The position numbers and the translations under genes were made by a program. The notes under the pieces are model-generated. The model worked only from the letters and a program-made list of their open reading frames with translations, made no database searches and was not told the origin of the DNA. Shown here piece after piece: positions 27,329 to 39,199 of a stretch of DNA of 64,000 bases. Source of the stretch: Camelus dromedarius. Lineage: Eukaryota. The stretch spans positions 104,472,001-104,536,000 of the forward strand of contig NC_087437.1 in assembly GCF_036321535.1 (NCBI RefSeq), given 5' to 3'. Position 1 is the first letter of the stretch. Every line of letters begins with the position of its first letter.

Positions 27329-27526
27329 AGCACTTTTAAATGCATATCAAAATGTAAATGCACAGCAGTTTCTGCCAAAAGATTTACCCAAATACCCTCC
27401 AGAAAACTTTGCTTCTTGTTTTAAAAAGAGGAGTAGAGTTTGAACTCATTAACACATATGTTTCAGATGCTTTGTGATCTTCCAGCAAAATAACCTGGCT
27501 ATTTTTAAATTTTCATATTTGAAATG
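27329..27526 (-). pseudogene. Fossil exon, RGS core
   Basis: Acceptor 'ctgtctcatcattgccacag|', donor GCT|GTAAGA, 198 nt. Single frame ...ICVNEFKLYSSF*NKKQSFLEGIWVNLLAETAVHLHFDMHLKV resembles RGS V.EFK....A..I...FL...A...VN.D. Confidence 0.65.
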
Positions 27527-28009
27527 CTGTGGCAATGATGAGACAGATGAGAAAGTATCTGGTAACATTTTAGTTTATTTTTTTAACTTTAATAATGCCA
27601 TGTCATAATTTTTCCTTTCTTTCTCAGTAAAATATTAACCATAATTAGGGAGTTATGATCTAAAAAATGACCTTTAGTATTTATATTGTACATTGGAAAA
27701 AGCAGTGTCTAGAATGCTAGGTGTGTTTCTATGTTTTTATTATCTGTAACATAGGTCTGATGTTTCAAGGAGGCAATTAAAGCCATTAAATGAGCAGAAT
27801 GGATTGGATTGTGAAAGGTATAAACCTAGAAAACAGCAACTCCCCTTTTTTCCCCATATATGCTAGTAATTGGATAAAGAAACCAGTGGAAGCTATCAGA
27901 AGTCTCTAAATCATTCTATAAAACTAGGAAAATATATTTAGTTTGAAAATACCAAGTTAAGCATATTGATGTTATTAATCAGAAATGAGTAAATTAAATA
28001 TACATTAAC

Positions 28010-28584
28010 TTGCCAAAGAAACACTTCAATATGCATATCTGATTGAAGAGGATGATTTAATGGATTGAGTGATATTTCCAAAGGACTATGTGAAAATGTA
28101 TCATTTTATAAGATTCCAGATGCCTCAGAGAGGTTTATATGCCCCTCCAGAAATTCTCTTCAGGATGTAGTGACCACGTAGCCCTGTGTTCCGACTAAGC
28201 AAACACATATAAAAGAGATGAAACAGTATGTTTTGCTTCATTTGATCCAAATGGCCATAATTTTCTGATTCTCTGGAAAGAATAAGCTGAATTTGGTATG
28301 GGCTATTTGATGATATTCTTTGCAGTAATAGCTAACAGACTCAACTGTGGTGGGTGAAAGCATTGGAAAGACCTTGTATTTTAGGAGTTTAAAGCTTCTG
28401 GTTCCATTAGTGAAATAGTAGGAAAGTTCAGCTGCTAGAGTCATGGAGATGGCACAAAACTTGCTAAAGGAAACTTGCAATTTGGCATTAATATTCTCTG
28501 AGATTTGATCAGAAATGAGACTGGAGAGCTTATTGGACTGTCTTTGCCAAGTTGAATATTGCTTGAGACTTGATATTGGAATTA
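28010..28584 (-). pseudogene. Fossil exon(s), RGS-like
   Basis: Strong acceptor (CT-rich tract + 'ttttcacag|' at 28585). Open frame to 28238: ...LISDQISENINAKLQ...YFTNGTRSFKLLKYKVFPML. Beyond it REFLEGH.../LRHLESYKMI. Confidence 0.6.
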
Positions 28585-29070
28585 CTGTGAAAATAAATAA
28601 ACATAAATAAAGCCAGAGAGAGAAAGAGAGAGAAAGGTCAAAGGAATATGTTGCTTTTCCCCCTCCTTTTAAAGTGTTTAGTCTCCTGAAACCTACATTT
28701 CCTGGTATTACAAAGTGAACTATACAGTGCGGAAGAAAAAAGGTCTTTCCCTGAAGCATTATGGCAAACCTGAAACAATTTTAGGTCTGACATTTCCTGC
28801 AGCTGAATCTGATGAGAAACAGATCAAAGTCAAGGTGAATGTTTTTCCTCACTTCCCCCTGAGAATCAGAGTTAGACTGTGTAGCAGTTGGTACAAAAAC
28901 TTGCTACCAGCAACAGAACAAAGAGATCTTAAAAGACAATCTAAGCTTATCATGAAAGCATAAACATTGTTGCCTTTAAAAAAAAATTAGTTTTATCATT
29001 GTGCAGTTTTGCTGTCTTATGTGAAGAAATTAGGTATATCCCAAACCACATAAACCCATTGCATTTATAT

Positions 29071-29140
29071 TCAATTTTAGGCAATATCCATTTTATATAT
29101 TCAATTTTAGGCAATATCCATTTTATATAATATCCATTTT
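29071..29140. repeat. 30-bp tandem duplication plus partial third copy
   Basis: tcaattttaggcaatatccattttatata(t) at 29071 and 29101, then 'tatccatttt'. Confidence 0.95.
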
Positions 29141-30082
29141 TTTCTCTCCCATGGGAGAATTATATTTTAGTGAGCAAGATGTAGAATTCCCTTGAGAAAG
29201 TGTTCTTCAAGGTAACTAAACATACAGGAGGCTGTAAGGTCTCACTCACTTAGCATCCTTTGATATAAAATCCCTCACTCAACCTTAGTTTTCTGTTAGC
29301 TGTCAAGTTAGAAATAATATAACTAACTCATTAATTTAAAGTGTTCATAGTGTATATGTGTATCTTAGGTCATCCCTCCGGTGAGTATCTGCATTTATTA
29401 GGAGACATACATTGAATTGAAAATAAATCTCTTAACTGCATAAATTTTTGTATGGATACAGGGTTTACAATGAGGAGATTTGGCCATTTATGTCTCTTCA
29501 TGAACTTGAAATTATATCATGAGTTAATTATTTAATTATTTAATTTATATAATTAGATATAACCTTGACTTTGTCTACAATATTGATATCTGTTGCAATA
29601 AAGTATTTTCAATAAAAATAATAGTATATATACTGTTTTGAGTGATAGAATCCCAGGAATAAATCACTATGTGATTGTCAAAGTAGGCATATAATTTAAG
29701 AAATAAGTATTTCACTATTTTTAGGTTTTTTTCTCAGAGACTATGTATAGGCATATTAAATACACACACAAACTACATAAATGTTTTCTTCTGATAAGAA
29801 GATGGATCTTTAAATGGTAAATAAGTTATAAAATATTGAATTGTGTGTGGTGTTAAAAATAATGCATAGTATATTTTCAAGGTGGACAGAATATTTCTTT
29901 TGTCTCAATTAAAGTTAGAAAGTGAAGCCATCACTTAGAGCTTTTAAAAGCTGGTATTATGAAAACTATTTCAATTATACCCTAAAAGTCTAAAGAAAAT
30001 TGAATGACTAACAATTAGTCTTTGATAGGGGTTTCCACAGTTTTCTAGTGGTATAAGAAGTAGTTAAATGCCAAAAGCTGAC

Positions 30083-30211
30083 CATTTTTTCTATTTTTGC
30101 ATATTTTGAAATAAGCAATAATATTGGAACACAGTATAACTTTACACTTGATATTATATTGGAGAAAAGCTGTATACAATGAGATACATAACTTGAAAGA
30201 ATCTCATCCAT
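30083..30211 (-). pseudogene. Fossil exon (RGS-like, assignment weak)
   Basis: Acceptor 'ctgtctctgttctgttgtcctag|', possible donor ATG|GTCAGC, 129 nt open: MDEILSSYVSHCIQLFSNIISSVKLYCVPILLLISKYAKIEKM. Confidence 0.55.
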
Positions 30212-30919
30212 CTAGGACAACAGAACAGAGACAGTGAAAAGAAAATGGTGTCTATGGGAAGAAATGAGGTCCTCATTTGAAACAATTGATAGGTTAATAA
30301 TATGCATTTAGTAAACTTAAGTAAGCTCATAAAGTAAAACAAAAATTCTAATATAATGAAATTGACTTAATTGCCCTAATTAATTGCTTATTTTATATAT
30401 TGTAGTTTTAGGGTCAGGATATTCTGATCAAGTAGACATTTCCAAATTTATGCATGGTCATGTATTTTAATCTAACTCAAATGGAAAAATGGACTATTTA
30501 ATCATATTTTATTAATTCAATTTTTAATCAGTGATTTGCAATAGTTTTAAAATGATGTCTGCAAGAAAGCAAAGTATGAGTCATCTTCATTGTGACAACC
30601 TTGTTATGTGCCTTCTTCGCTAGCATACTCCACATTCCCCGGAATTCCCTTTCCTTTTATATTTGTTAGTGTGGGCTGCTAGGGAGATTGTCTCTGGAGA
30701 GTTGAAGAGCTGAAGGAAGGCAGTAACCGTTTTACACAATTCACCTGTTTCTGATCTGCTGCGTTAACATGTCGTCCTGAAGCCATAGCTGTGCCTGCGT
30801 TTGTTCTCTTCCTGCTGAATTCCCTCAGTTTGTCTGATGCATGGGTTATATATTTATGTTCAATTCCATCTGAAAGAGCCCAGGATTCTTCAGGATGTCC
30901 TTGTCAGAGGAAAAGCAAA

Positions 30920-31120
30920 AGATCAGTGGTTTGCAGGGACTGAATGTGGGTGTAGGGGTTTTCTGCAACAGATCATGAACAAACTTTCCGGAATGAGGAA
31001 AATATTCTAAATAACTGTTGTAGTATTGGTTACATGACTGTATGTATTTTTCAAAGTTTTCAATTTATATACATAAAAGAAATGAGTTTATGGTATGTAA
31101 ATCATAACTTGATAATTCTA
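30920..31120 (+). mobile_element. L1ME-like 3' end fragment
   Basis: 'gatcagtggtttgcagggac...aatattcta...ggttacatgactgtatgtatttttcaaa...tttatggtatgtaaatcataactt'. Confidence 0.7.
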
Positions 31121-31361
31121 ACAAAAAGATAAGGAAACACTTAGCAATAAGTTTTTCAACCTTCCCAGAAACTACAAAATCAAATGAAGATAATTTTGAG
31201 TGGCGTAACAATAAAATCGCATGGCAGGCCATGTCGGTGTCACTTTTATTTTGTATGCCTTCTGATTTTTCAATCGTATAACTGATATATAGGAAAATAG
31301 GTGATCTTATTTTCAGATTTGCATATCTTGAATTCAGATATCTCAAATCAGTAACAAGCAT
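31120..31361 (-). pseudogene. Fossil exon, RGS-like
   Basis: Acceptor at 31362. LVTDLRYLNSRYANL...YTIEKSEGIQ...MACHAILL...SSFDFVVSGKVEKLIAKCFLIFL follows the RGS pattern from LL.D... to FD....V..L....F..FL. Confidence 0.55.
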
Positions 31362-31803
31362 CTATATACATATATATGTATGTCTGTGGTAAAATATATA
31401 TTTAATTTCAAATTCATGAGAATAATATGAATCTATATTCATCAATATTTTAATTTGTTCTATTAGTTTCTTACTTTAAAGGACAATATACCACATAATT
31501 ACATAGAACAAACTTGTTATGAGAATGAGGTCATTATGTATTCTGACAACCATAATAATTATTTATAAAGTATTTAATCCTCATCAGTCTACTAGGCACT
31601 TTACTTATTTTATTATATTCAGTACTGAAATTAAGAGAGTCATTTGCTCTCTGAATTTGGAAATAAAGGCCAAACCTCAATGCCATCATGTGTATTATGA
31701 AAGATTTAGTAAAAGATATGTAAAATCTTTTATAACTTTAAAATCCTGAGAGTTAATGAAATTAACATGAATTAGGCTTTTTATCTAACCTTTTAATAGC
31801 TTT

Positions 31804-32311
31804 TTTTTCCCACATACTATGATAGTTAATTTTATTTGTTCAAGGACTCATATTGCAAGCATTAAACCAAGCACAAGCTTTGATTCTGTGAACCCAGATT
31901 CACAGATTTAGGAAGATAAAAGCAAACTGTACCCCATGTACATGGATGAAAACTAAAGGCTCGTGGCTAATTACACTGTAGTTTTTAAGTTTCTACACCC
32001 TAGAACTAGAAGCCAGTAGTCACAGGTCCTTTAGATCCTTCTGGGTGTCCCACAGGGTGTCTGCACTTTTCTTGAGTTGGGTGACCTCTTCATCCTTCAC
32101 CTTCTGGTTGATAACACTGGTCAATCACTGAGCATTCAGGATACATGGAAGGCTCAGGAAGACCTCATTCTCAGTGCCATACATCCCCTTCACCATCATT
32201 GGCACTGGGTGAATCCTGGAGAGATTTTTCAACATGGATTCAATGAGATCAGCCACACTTAGTCCAATAGCCCAGTTGGTGTATCCCTTTGCTTGATGAC
32301 TTCATAGGCAT
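31804..32311 (-). pseudogene. LDHB: 5'-truncated processed pseudogene of lactate dehydrogenase B
   Basis: Translation [88 protein letters not shown] matches the LDHB C-terminus. Stop at 32020-32022, then 3' UTR, AATAAA (~31831), poly-A remnant. 20-bp TSD TCTAACCTTTTAATAGCTTT at 31784-31803 and 32312-32331. Premature stop at 32125 and frameshift near 32291. Confidence 0.96.
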
Positions 32312-33047
32312 TCTAACCTTTTAATAGCTTTATAATAGGAATTCAACACATATCTTAGGTTGACACTAATTTGGTTTTAGAACAGCATGACTAATTGCAC
32401 AGCATACCTGATAGATCTGCATGCCTTGGGAGATGCTGGCGTCTCACTGGCATCCTTGGCTGAGTTCCCAGCTGATAGCATCAACTAATGGTCGTGTGAA
32501 TGAATGAGCCTTTGGATGAATCCAGCTCTAAGCATCAAGTCTCTTCTGGCCTTTGAGTGAAAAAACTAGAATAGCCTTCTATAAAGCTAAATACATAAGA
32601 ACAAATTGTATTTTGGAGGAAAAATTAGAACATTTGTATTATACCAAATTCAGATAAATTTTAGACAATATAAATTCCAGAAACCTTTGGCTTTAGTGAG
32701 ATATGCAGCACACATGGTTCCATATTTGGCTATTCTTAAATCGTCTGTATTTGATTATGGTAGAGCTCTTTCAATGGCTTTTTTCAACTGCCTCTGCTCT
32801 TTGTAGTGTTCTCGTTCTGCTCCACATAGGCATAGTTTGTGCTTCTTGTCTAAATAATGTTGCCTTATGTAACCATTACAGAAAGTGTGGATGTGTGCAA
32901 CAAGTCTGACTTGACAGCTGTTAGTATAGTTAAGTGACATTAAAAAGTCATGCTGAGGTAAAAAGGAAAGAAAAGTTAGACAAGAAAGAAATGGACCTTT
33001 TTTTCAGGCAACCACTTAGTTTTCCCATGTTTTTGGACTGGATCTGC

Positions 33048-33508
33048 TGTCAGAGTGAATATCACCTCTGTTGGGAGAACATACTCCATGGTCTGTTGTT
33101 CTGTACATTCTGCAAAACAAAGCATGGATTGCCTTTTGTTGTAGACTCTCTTTTAAAAGATGTCCACATAGCAAAACATCTTCAAAGAAATAGTGTCTCC
33201 CTCCAGAACAAAGAGCATGTTTTCTTACTGTCTAGTTACAAAATGTTTAGGTTCCCTAAATCTATTGGGACCCATTAGGTCATTATAGTCATAGACCAAA
33301 GACCCATGCACATGGCACCTGTGGACATTGAGGTAAAGATAATTGACAGAGTTGTTCTTGTGTGATTTTGTGCTGCCTGTTGAACGTGCTCATGCAGTTC
33401 TTTTGTCTAATTCAGGAGTCTTATGTCTTCTACATTCTTCCATGAAACTGTGGCACCTTATCTCACTGGATTCAAAGTAGAGTGAAATCTCAGACACTTC
33501 ATTCTTGT
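33048..33508 (+). mobile_element. ERVL-type solo LTR (MER54/73/74-like)
   Basis: 'gccttttgttgtagactctcttttaaaagatgt...tagtgtctccctccagaacaaag...ggagtcttatgtcttc...catgaaactgtgg'; related to the LTR at 51.8-52.4 kb. Confidence 0.6.
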
Positions 33509-33569
33509 AGACCAGAGTGAGAAGAAAATTTTGATGAATGTGATAAGTCTAAATGTTTTTTTAATTAGT

Positions 33570-33738
33570 GTGATACTCAATTTTTGAAAATTCCTTAGAA
33601 ATTTCATAATAAGAGTTTATTGGATTGTATTTTAAAATGTTAAGAGGCACGCTTTTCAAAGTTCCGTTCTATCTGAAGTTTATCATCACTGAAAATGTCT
33701 TCTGAGACTTTGCTAGGTACATGTTTGTCTATGTAGCA
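33570..33738 (-). pseudogene. Fossil exon, RGS C-terminal half
   Basis: Acceptor 'tttcctattttaacttcag|' at 33739. CYIDKHVPSKVSEDIFSDDKLQIERNFEKRAS*HFKIQSNKLLL*NFLRNFSKIEY resembles RGS YI...AP.EVNID...R..I..NL...F...Q..I..LM..D.Y.RF. Confidence 0.65.
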
Positions 33739-36236
33739 CTGAAGTTAAAATAGGAAATAACTGTCCTTCACTAATACTTTGTTGTCTAGGCAAAGCCAAT
33801 TATTGTTTATCATTCTAATTTAGTTTTCATCGAGATTATTTTTGTTTCTTTTGAGTTTTAATTATGCTTCCAATCAAGTCCACTTTATTTAAAATTTACT
33901 TTGCATCAACATTTGTATAACATTTAAAATTGCACATTTTAAAACATCTGTTTCAGTTAAGCTTTCTCTCTTATTATCATATTTGCTGCAGCTGTTTCTC
34001 CCATTGACTGTCTGATACCACAAGTTTATTTTGCTTAATTTTTCAATTTTGTTTTCTTATTTTAAGATGAAATGATTTTTAACACATTTAGTTTAGGGCA
34101 ACCAATTTCTTATAATATTCTTTGTATTTTTTGTGTAGTAGCTCATTCTTTGTTCCAAGGGGAGTAAACAGTGTTGACACAAGTTCACAGGGAAACACTA
34201 ACTATGAGTAGAACCATGTGGGAAGGTTTTTACAGGTTTAGTTGTGAGCAGTGCACTTGGCTATGTCTTCTGACACTGGAAGTATTACTATAGACAGGAA
34301 CTTGAGAGCAGGGTAACTGAGCCTGGAAGCATAAAATATTGAGGTAGGATTCTTTTTCATCTGATGACACCAAGTACCCTCTAATAGACTTTTTTTTTTA
34401 ATTAGACTTTTAAAAAAGACTTTAGAAAGAGATAAACATAGATGTTGCAGTTTTAAACCACAGAGGTTTTTGGTTGTCTTTTTGTTTTTTTTTAACTTTG
34501 AATCTTGGTGTCAGTTTAGACTCTAAAAGGAAAGCAGGTAAATGAAGGACTACATGTAACTGAATGTTCAGATAGTTGATAACATTCACATCATTCCAAC
34601 TCATAAAAAGGATTTTAAGCCTACTATTGCTTTCTTGTACATGTTATGCTATTTATTATATTTCTATCACTGTATGTATATGTCTTACATGTTATGCTAC
34701 TATGTGAACCATCAAAAATGAAAATATCTTGCATTAAATGAGACATTTAATAGTTCCTCTATGTTTATAACTTTCTTTTAGGAACATCCACAAAGAGAAA
34801 GAATGTTAATGGCACATAAATAATGTTGCTTTGTAGGCTAGAGAAGCTTAAAGCAATTTCATACTGTATCTAAGCTCTTTGCAATGATACTAAGGGAATC
34901 TTTATGGTCTCAATTCTGTAGAACAAAAAAGCTGAAATTTAGAAAAAATTAGGTCACCTGCCTGCCCAGAGTCACAGGCATGCTAAGTGACCAAGGTAGA
35001 ACATGAACCCTGGTCTTTTGACTTAAATATTAGTTTATTTCCCTTCTATATGGAAGTAATGGAAATGTCACTGGTCTGGACATTTGTGTCTAATTTGCTG
35101 GAATTATAACATTTGTTTCTAATTCCAGTTTAATCAGTAACAGTCTATCTGTCAACAGACAAGTGATTTTGACTCTCAGGTATTCATTTTTTTATTCAGA
35201 TGCAAAAAGAAGAATTTTGGCTTAATATTTTGCTAGATTCCTTCCAGTTTTGTTTCTGATTTATGTATTATTTCATCTAATTTCAAATTTTCTAAAAATT
35301 ATGAAAAGAATTAAATGTTGACATCTTATGTTATATATATCATTCACACATACTTACATGTGTATGAATATTACTGTATTAATTAAAATATATTTTATAT
35401 CCATGTGTGTACATGTGTGTATATTTATGTGTTATTTCTGATACTTGTGGAGAAATAACTAATACCAAAATGTAAGCATTATCTTTAATAATCCATATTG
35501 CTAGAAATACTGTTTTCATTTGGTATGTATCACCTCATTTTCTTTTATTAAACAGTACTTACTTCATACAAATTGAAATATATAAATATAGAATATGATA
35601 TATTATATAGTATATAAATATTTAAATATATGTTAAGACATTTCAAATATGTAGTGATAAATTTTCACTTATATAATTTTAAACCAACCCAAGATGTATT
35701 AATCCATTTAATAATGAATATTTTATGACATAGTATATATTTGTTCTGTTTGGTTATCAGATGGGTTTTAATAGAGATTATTTTGGATATAGTGATTGAT
35801 TTTTAATGATAAACATCTTGTTTTCTCTTAGCATTTTCTCTTATTCCTTAAAATTGTCAGTCTTTTCCTTTACCATGGTAGTGATACTGTTGACAATTTG
35901 GAAGAGTAGAAATCAAAAAAAGTTTTAATTTTTGGGTTATAAATGATAGGGAAGAGAATAAAAATACTCTCCAAATTATTTTGAATTGGTCAGTTAACAT
36001 AAAATAAGGAAAATTATGTTTGATACATATAGCCTCTCATTTATCTTAAGAATTTAGGAGTCTTGCTAGGAATGAGGCAATTGCTTCCTTTGAGATAGTT
36101 TTTAATTCCCATAGAAATATGTTTGAGGTTTACATTCATGAAATATGAAATGAAAAATTCTTCTTACAAAAGTAAAAAAGGGAATAAAGGAAATTCATCA
36201 TACTAAAATATAAAAATGATACTTGAAAAATTTTAC

Positions 36237-36447
36237 ATGAATAGCTATACTAATTGCCGGGGCCATTCCTTGGTCACATAGCTATTTATCAAAGACAGAA
36301 TGATAAATATAAGCTATGGTTTATAAAATCCTCTTGAAAATATTAAAATAAATGATTCAGATTGTGCACAGATGGCCAAATGCAAACGCACTCTTTATGT
36401 ATTCAGAGAACTTTTTTTCTGTATGAATTGGGTAGGCTTTCAGTGAG
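36237..36447 (-). pseudogene. Fossil exon, RGS-like
   Basis: Acceptor 'gtgtgtatttag|' at 36448, donor CAT|GTAAAA. Contains SLINSYVTKEWPRQLV, similar to RGS I...YV...AP.QVN. Confidence 0.55.
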
Positions 36448-37171
36448 CTAAATACACACAATAACTTTAAATGAATTATTGGAATGATTAAGTTTTTGGA
36501 GAGTTTTAAAACATGAAAATCCTAAGAAACCATCATAATAAATTGCGGTAGGGAGCATTAGATTTTCTAGTTTAAAAGTATAATTTGTTAAAGTATAGAA
36601 TTTTAATTTTATGAGGTTGTAATTCTGTAAGGAGCAAGAAGGATGAATGCTGATAGTTAAAGATCAGAACATCTTATTTTCTCTTCATTGCATGAGCTTT
36701 CTGTTTCTGAATTTGTTAATGCTGTAAGTGTGAAGATTATTAAGTGATTTTAGTCTTTTCACTTCCTGATTCTGTGAGTGACACTCATCTAAGGGTACTT
36801 GGGACAGAATAGTTTCATAGAAAGAAAAACGACTGCCCTTTTTCTGGTCAACTTTTATTTCATATCACCTAAAAAATACTGTAGTTTGTTGCTCATATAC
36901 TCTCTAATAGAATGAAGATTGATAAATTAAGTTTCTGTAATTGATAGGATGTGGTAGGAAATAGTAGTTACATTGAGGAAAATGATTTCAATATTGATAC
37001 ATATCCTGCATATCTTAAAATTTGTTCTTGGGCAAGTCACTTGTGTTATTACGTCTTTGTATTATTTCTAGTCTACATCATAGTAATCCCCATCTTTGCT
37101 CTCTATCAACAACGTGGTTACAAATTAACTGATAAACTTGGGGCAGTATATTTATTTTTTCTTTCATTACT

Positions 37172-37386
37172 AGATCAAGGATTGATAAACTTTTTTTGTA
37201 AGTGTCCAGATATGAAATATTTTTAGGTTTTGTGAGCTAGTTCCTGTAGGAACTACTCAATACTCAATACTGAAGCACAAAAGGCAGCAACAGACAGGAT
37301 GAGTGAGCATGGCTGAATTCCAATAAAGCTCTCTTTAAAAAACAGGTGGTCATATTTTCCTTGCAGAAAGTAGTTTACTAACCCAT
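37172..37386. mobile_element. MER58A-like hAT DNA transposon
   Basis: 'caaggattgataaactttttttgtaagtgtccagata...gcatggctgaattccaataaagct...gtagtttactaaccc'. Confidence 0.75.
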
Positions 37387-37429
37387 GTAAAAATGAATTA
37401 AAACAAAAAAAGATTCAGGCACCCTTAAA

Positions 37430-37980
37430 GCCTGATCATGTCAGGGATGTGCAATCTCTGGAAACTTCCTGTGTAACTCATACGCAGTTGAGCCATTTTA
37501 GCAGAAAATACTCAGGAAAGTGTTGGAGGTTTTACATGTTACTTGAACATAGTGGACAGGGAAATAGGTTGGTAGAGTTTTCAAAACAGTTGAGAGGGTA
37601 CCAGAAGGTATAACTTGCCTTCTTTCCATCGGAATCGTAAGGGAAGTTACTAGAAGCCCTAATAAGATCTTCCTACATTTTAGCGATGTCAAGTGGCAAC
37701 AGAAAACCTTCATGGGGATTTGAGGGCCCAGTATGATTGCTCCTCCAGTGAAGAGAATGTTGACAAATGCCGTGTTCTGTTTACCCATCAGCTGATAGTA
37801 AGATTTGTCCTCCTTTGTTAAAGGATTATAAATGCCTCCAGAATCTGTATGCCTTCTTTGTCTGCCTCAAAACTCTTTATTTTGGTTGTCTATGTTAAAG
37901 AGCCTTTCTGTAAGTCTCTCCTGTGTGATGGGGTTTGATCGCAGCTTAATTGTGGATAACGGCTCAGCTATTGTCTACCA
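37430..37980 (-). pseudogene. Fossil exon, RGS-like
   Basis: Acceptor 'ttttatatatcctaatatacag|' at 37981. Peptides FEADKEGIQILEAFIIL*QRRTNL..*WV and, in another frame, KCRKILLGLLVTSLTIPMERRQVI. 3' boundary approximate. Confidence 0.55.
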
Positions 37981-39199
37981 CTGTATATTAGGATATATAA
38001 AAGGTAGAAGAATCAAGCCACCCGGAATGGTATTTTTCCTATTGTTAAATCATCTGTTGAATTAAAAATAAAATACATCAAATAATTAATTTAATGTTAC
38101 TTATTGGTTAAATGCATTTCACTTAATTAGGGTTTTTTTTTTTTTTTCCATCATGTCAACATAGACTATGAGGAGTAGAATGTTTGGTTTGTGTCCCTAA
38201 CACCTCCTGCAGCACTCAGTGAAATAAATCGATAGTAGCTGAATTCTTTAACACATCTTTTTGGAAGACTGCTCAGTCTGTCCAGTGAAACTTCAAAGTG
38301 TCTTTGGGAGAAAGGGTATTGGTCTACCCCCCTCTCTCTCACTTTATATCATCTGGTAAAAAGCATTGTCTCCTTGTTGCTTGGGGACAGAAATATGGTG
38401 CCATTATTCAAAATCAGACTTACTATCAATGTTTAGATAATTTGTTGGCATGCTTTTTTGCATTTTATATTTCATGATACATGTTTTTCTAAATGGACAC
38501 TTTAAATAAGTGGGCATTAGCAGTTATACTTAGGTTTATTCTGTGATAGAATGAAGCATTTTAAATCAGATGGTTGATGTCAGCACTACTGAATCATTCT
38601 CTAGGTTAATTGTTTTCTATTTCCTTGGGCAGGCTATTTATTTGATATATTGTCAAATATGCTTCTTTGATTGTGTAATTATGCTTTATTGTATGAATTA
38701 GCATTCAGAAACTGAAGATCTTCATGCATACATTTAAATTGATTTTACATATGTGCTTTACTCAGGCATATGTTTGTTTATTCATTTCCCATTCATTTAA
38801 CTTGCACATACTTTTATGCCCTTTCTGACTATTAACTATAATTTACAGAGTTTCAATCTAGCATTTCTAAGGAAATCATCTGCAGTTTTATTTTTCTTAG
38901 AAAGTTTGAACAAAACATCTATATATTCTAACATGATTAACATGTTATAATAATGTGGTTAAAATTGAAGTTTGTCCACATAACTGAAAGGAAAAGGAAG
39001 AGGAAATTAAGATTACTGACTATCCACTGGTTATTACCAGACAAAATAAACCTCACATATTTCTGAATTAAGCTTTGGTCAATAAGGAAATTGTCCACAC
39101 TGTTACAAAAACTGTATTAGAGAGTAAGAGGGATAAATGATTTTATAACTTACACTAAGGGCTTCTGCCAATAACTGCAAAATTGAAAATCTGAAATGA

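Noticed and set aside
30083..31361. Arf/Rab/G-alpha-like GTPase motifs (VPILLLISK, HAILLL..SSFD)
   Set aside because: No P-loop or DxxG motif was found, and the context fits RGS helices better.
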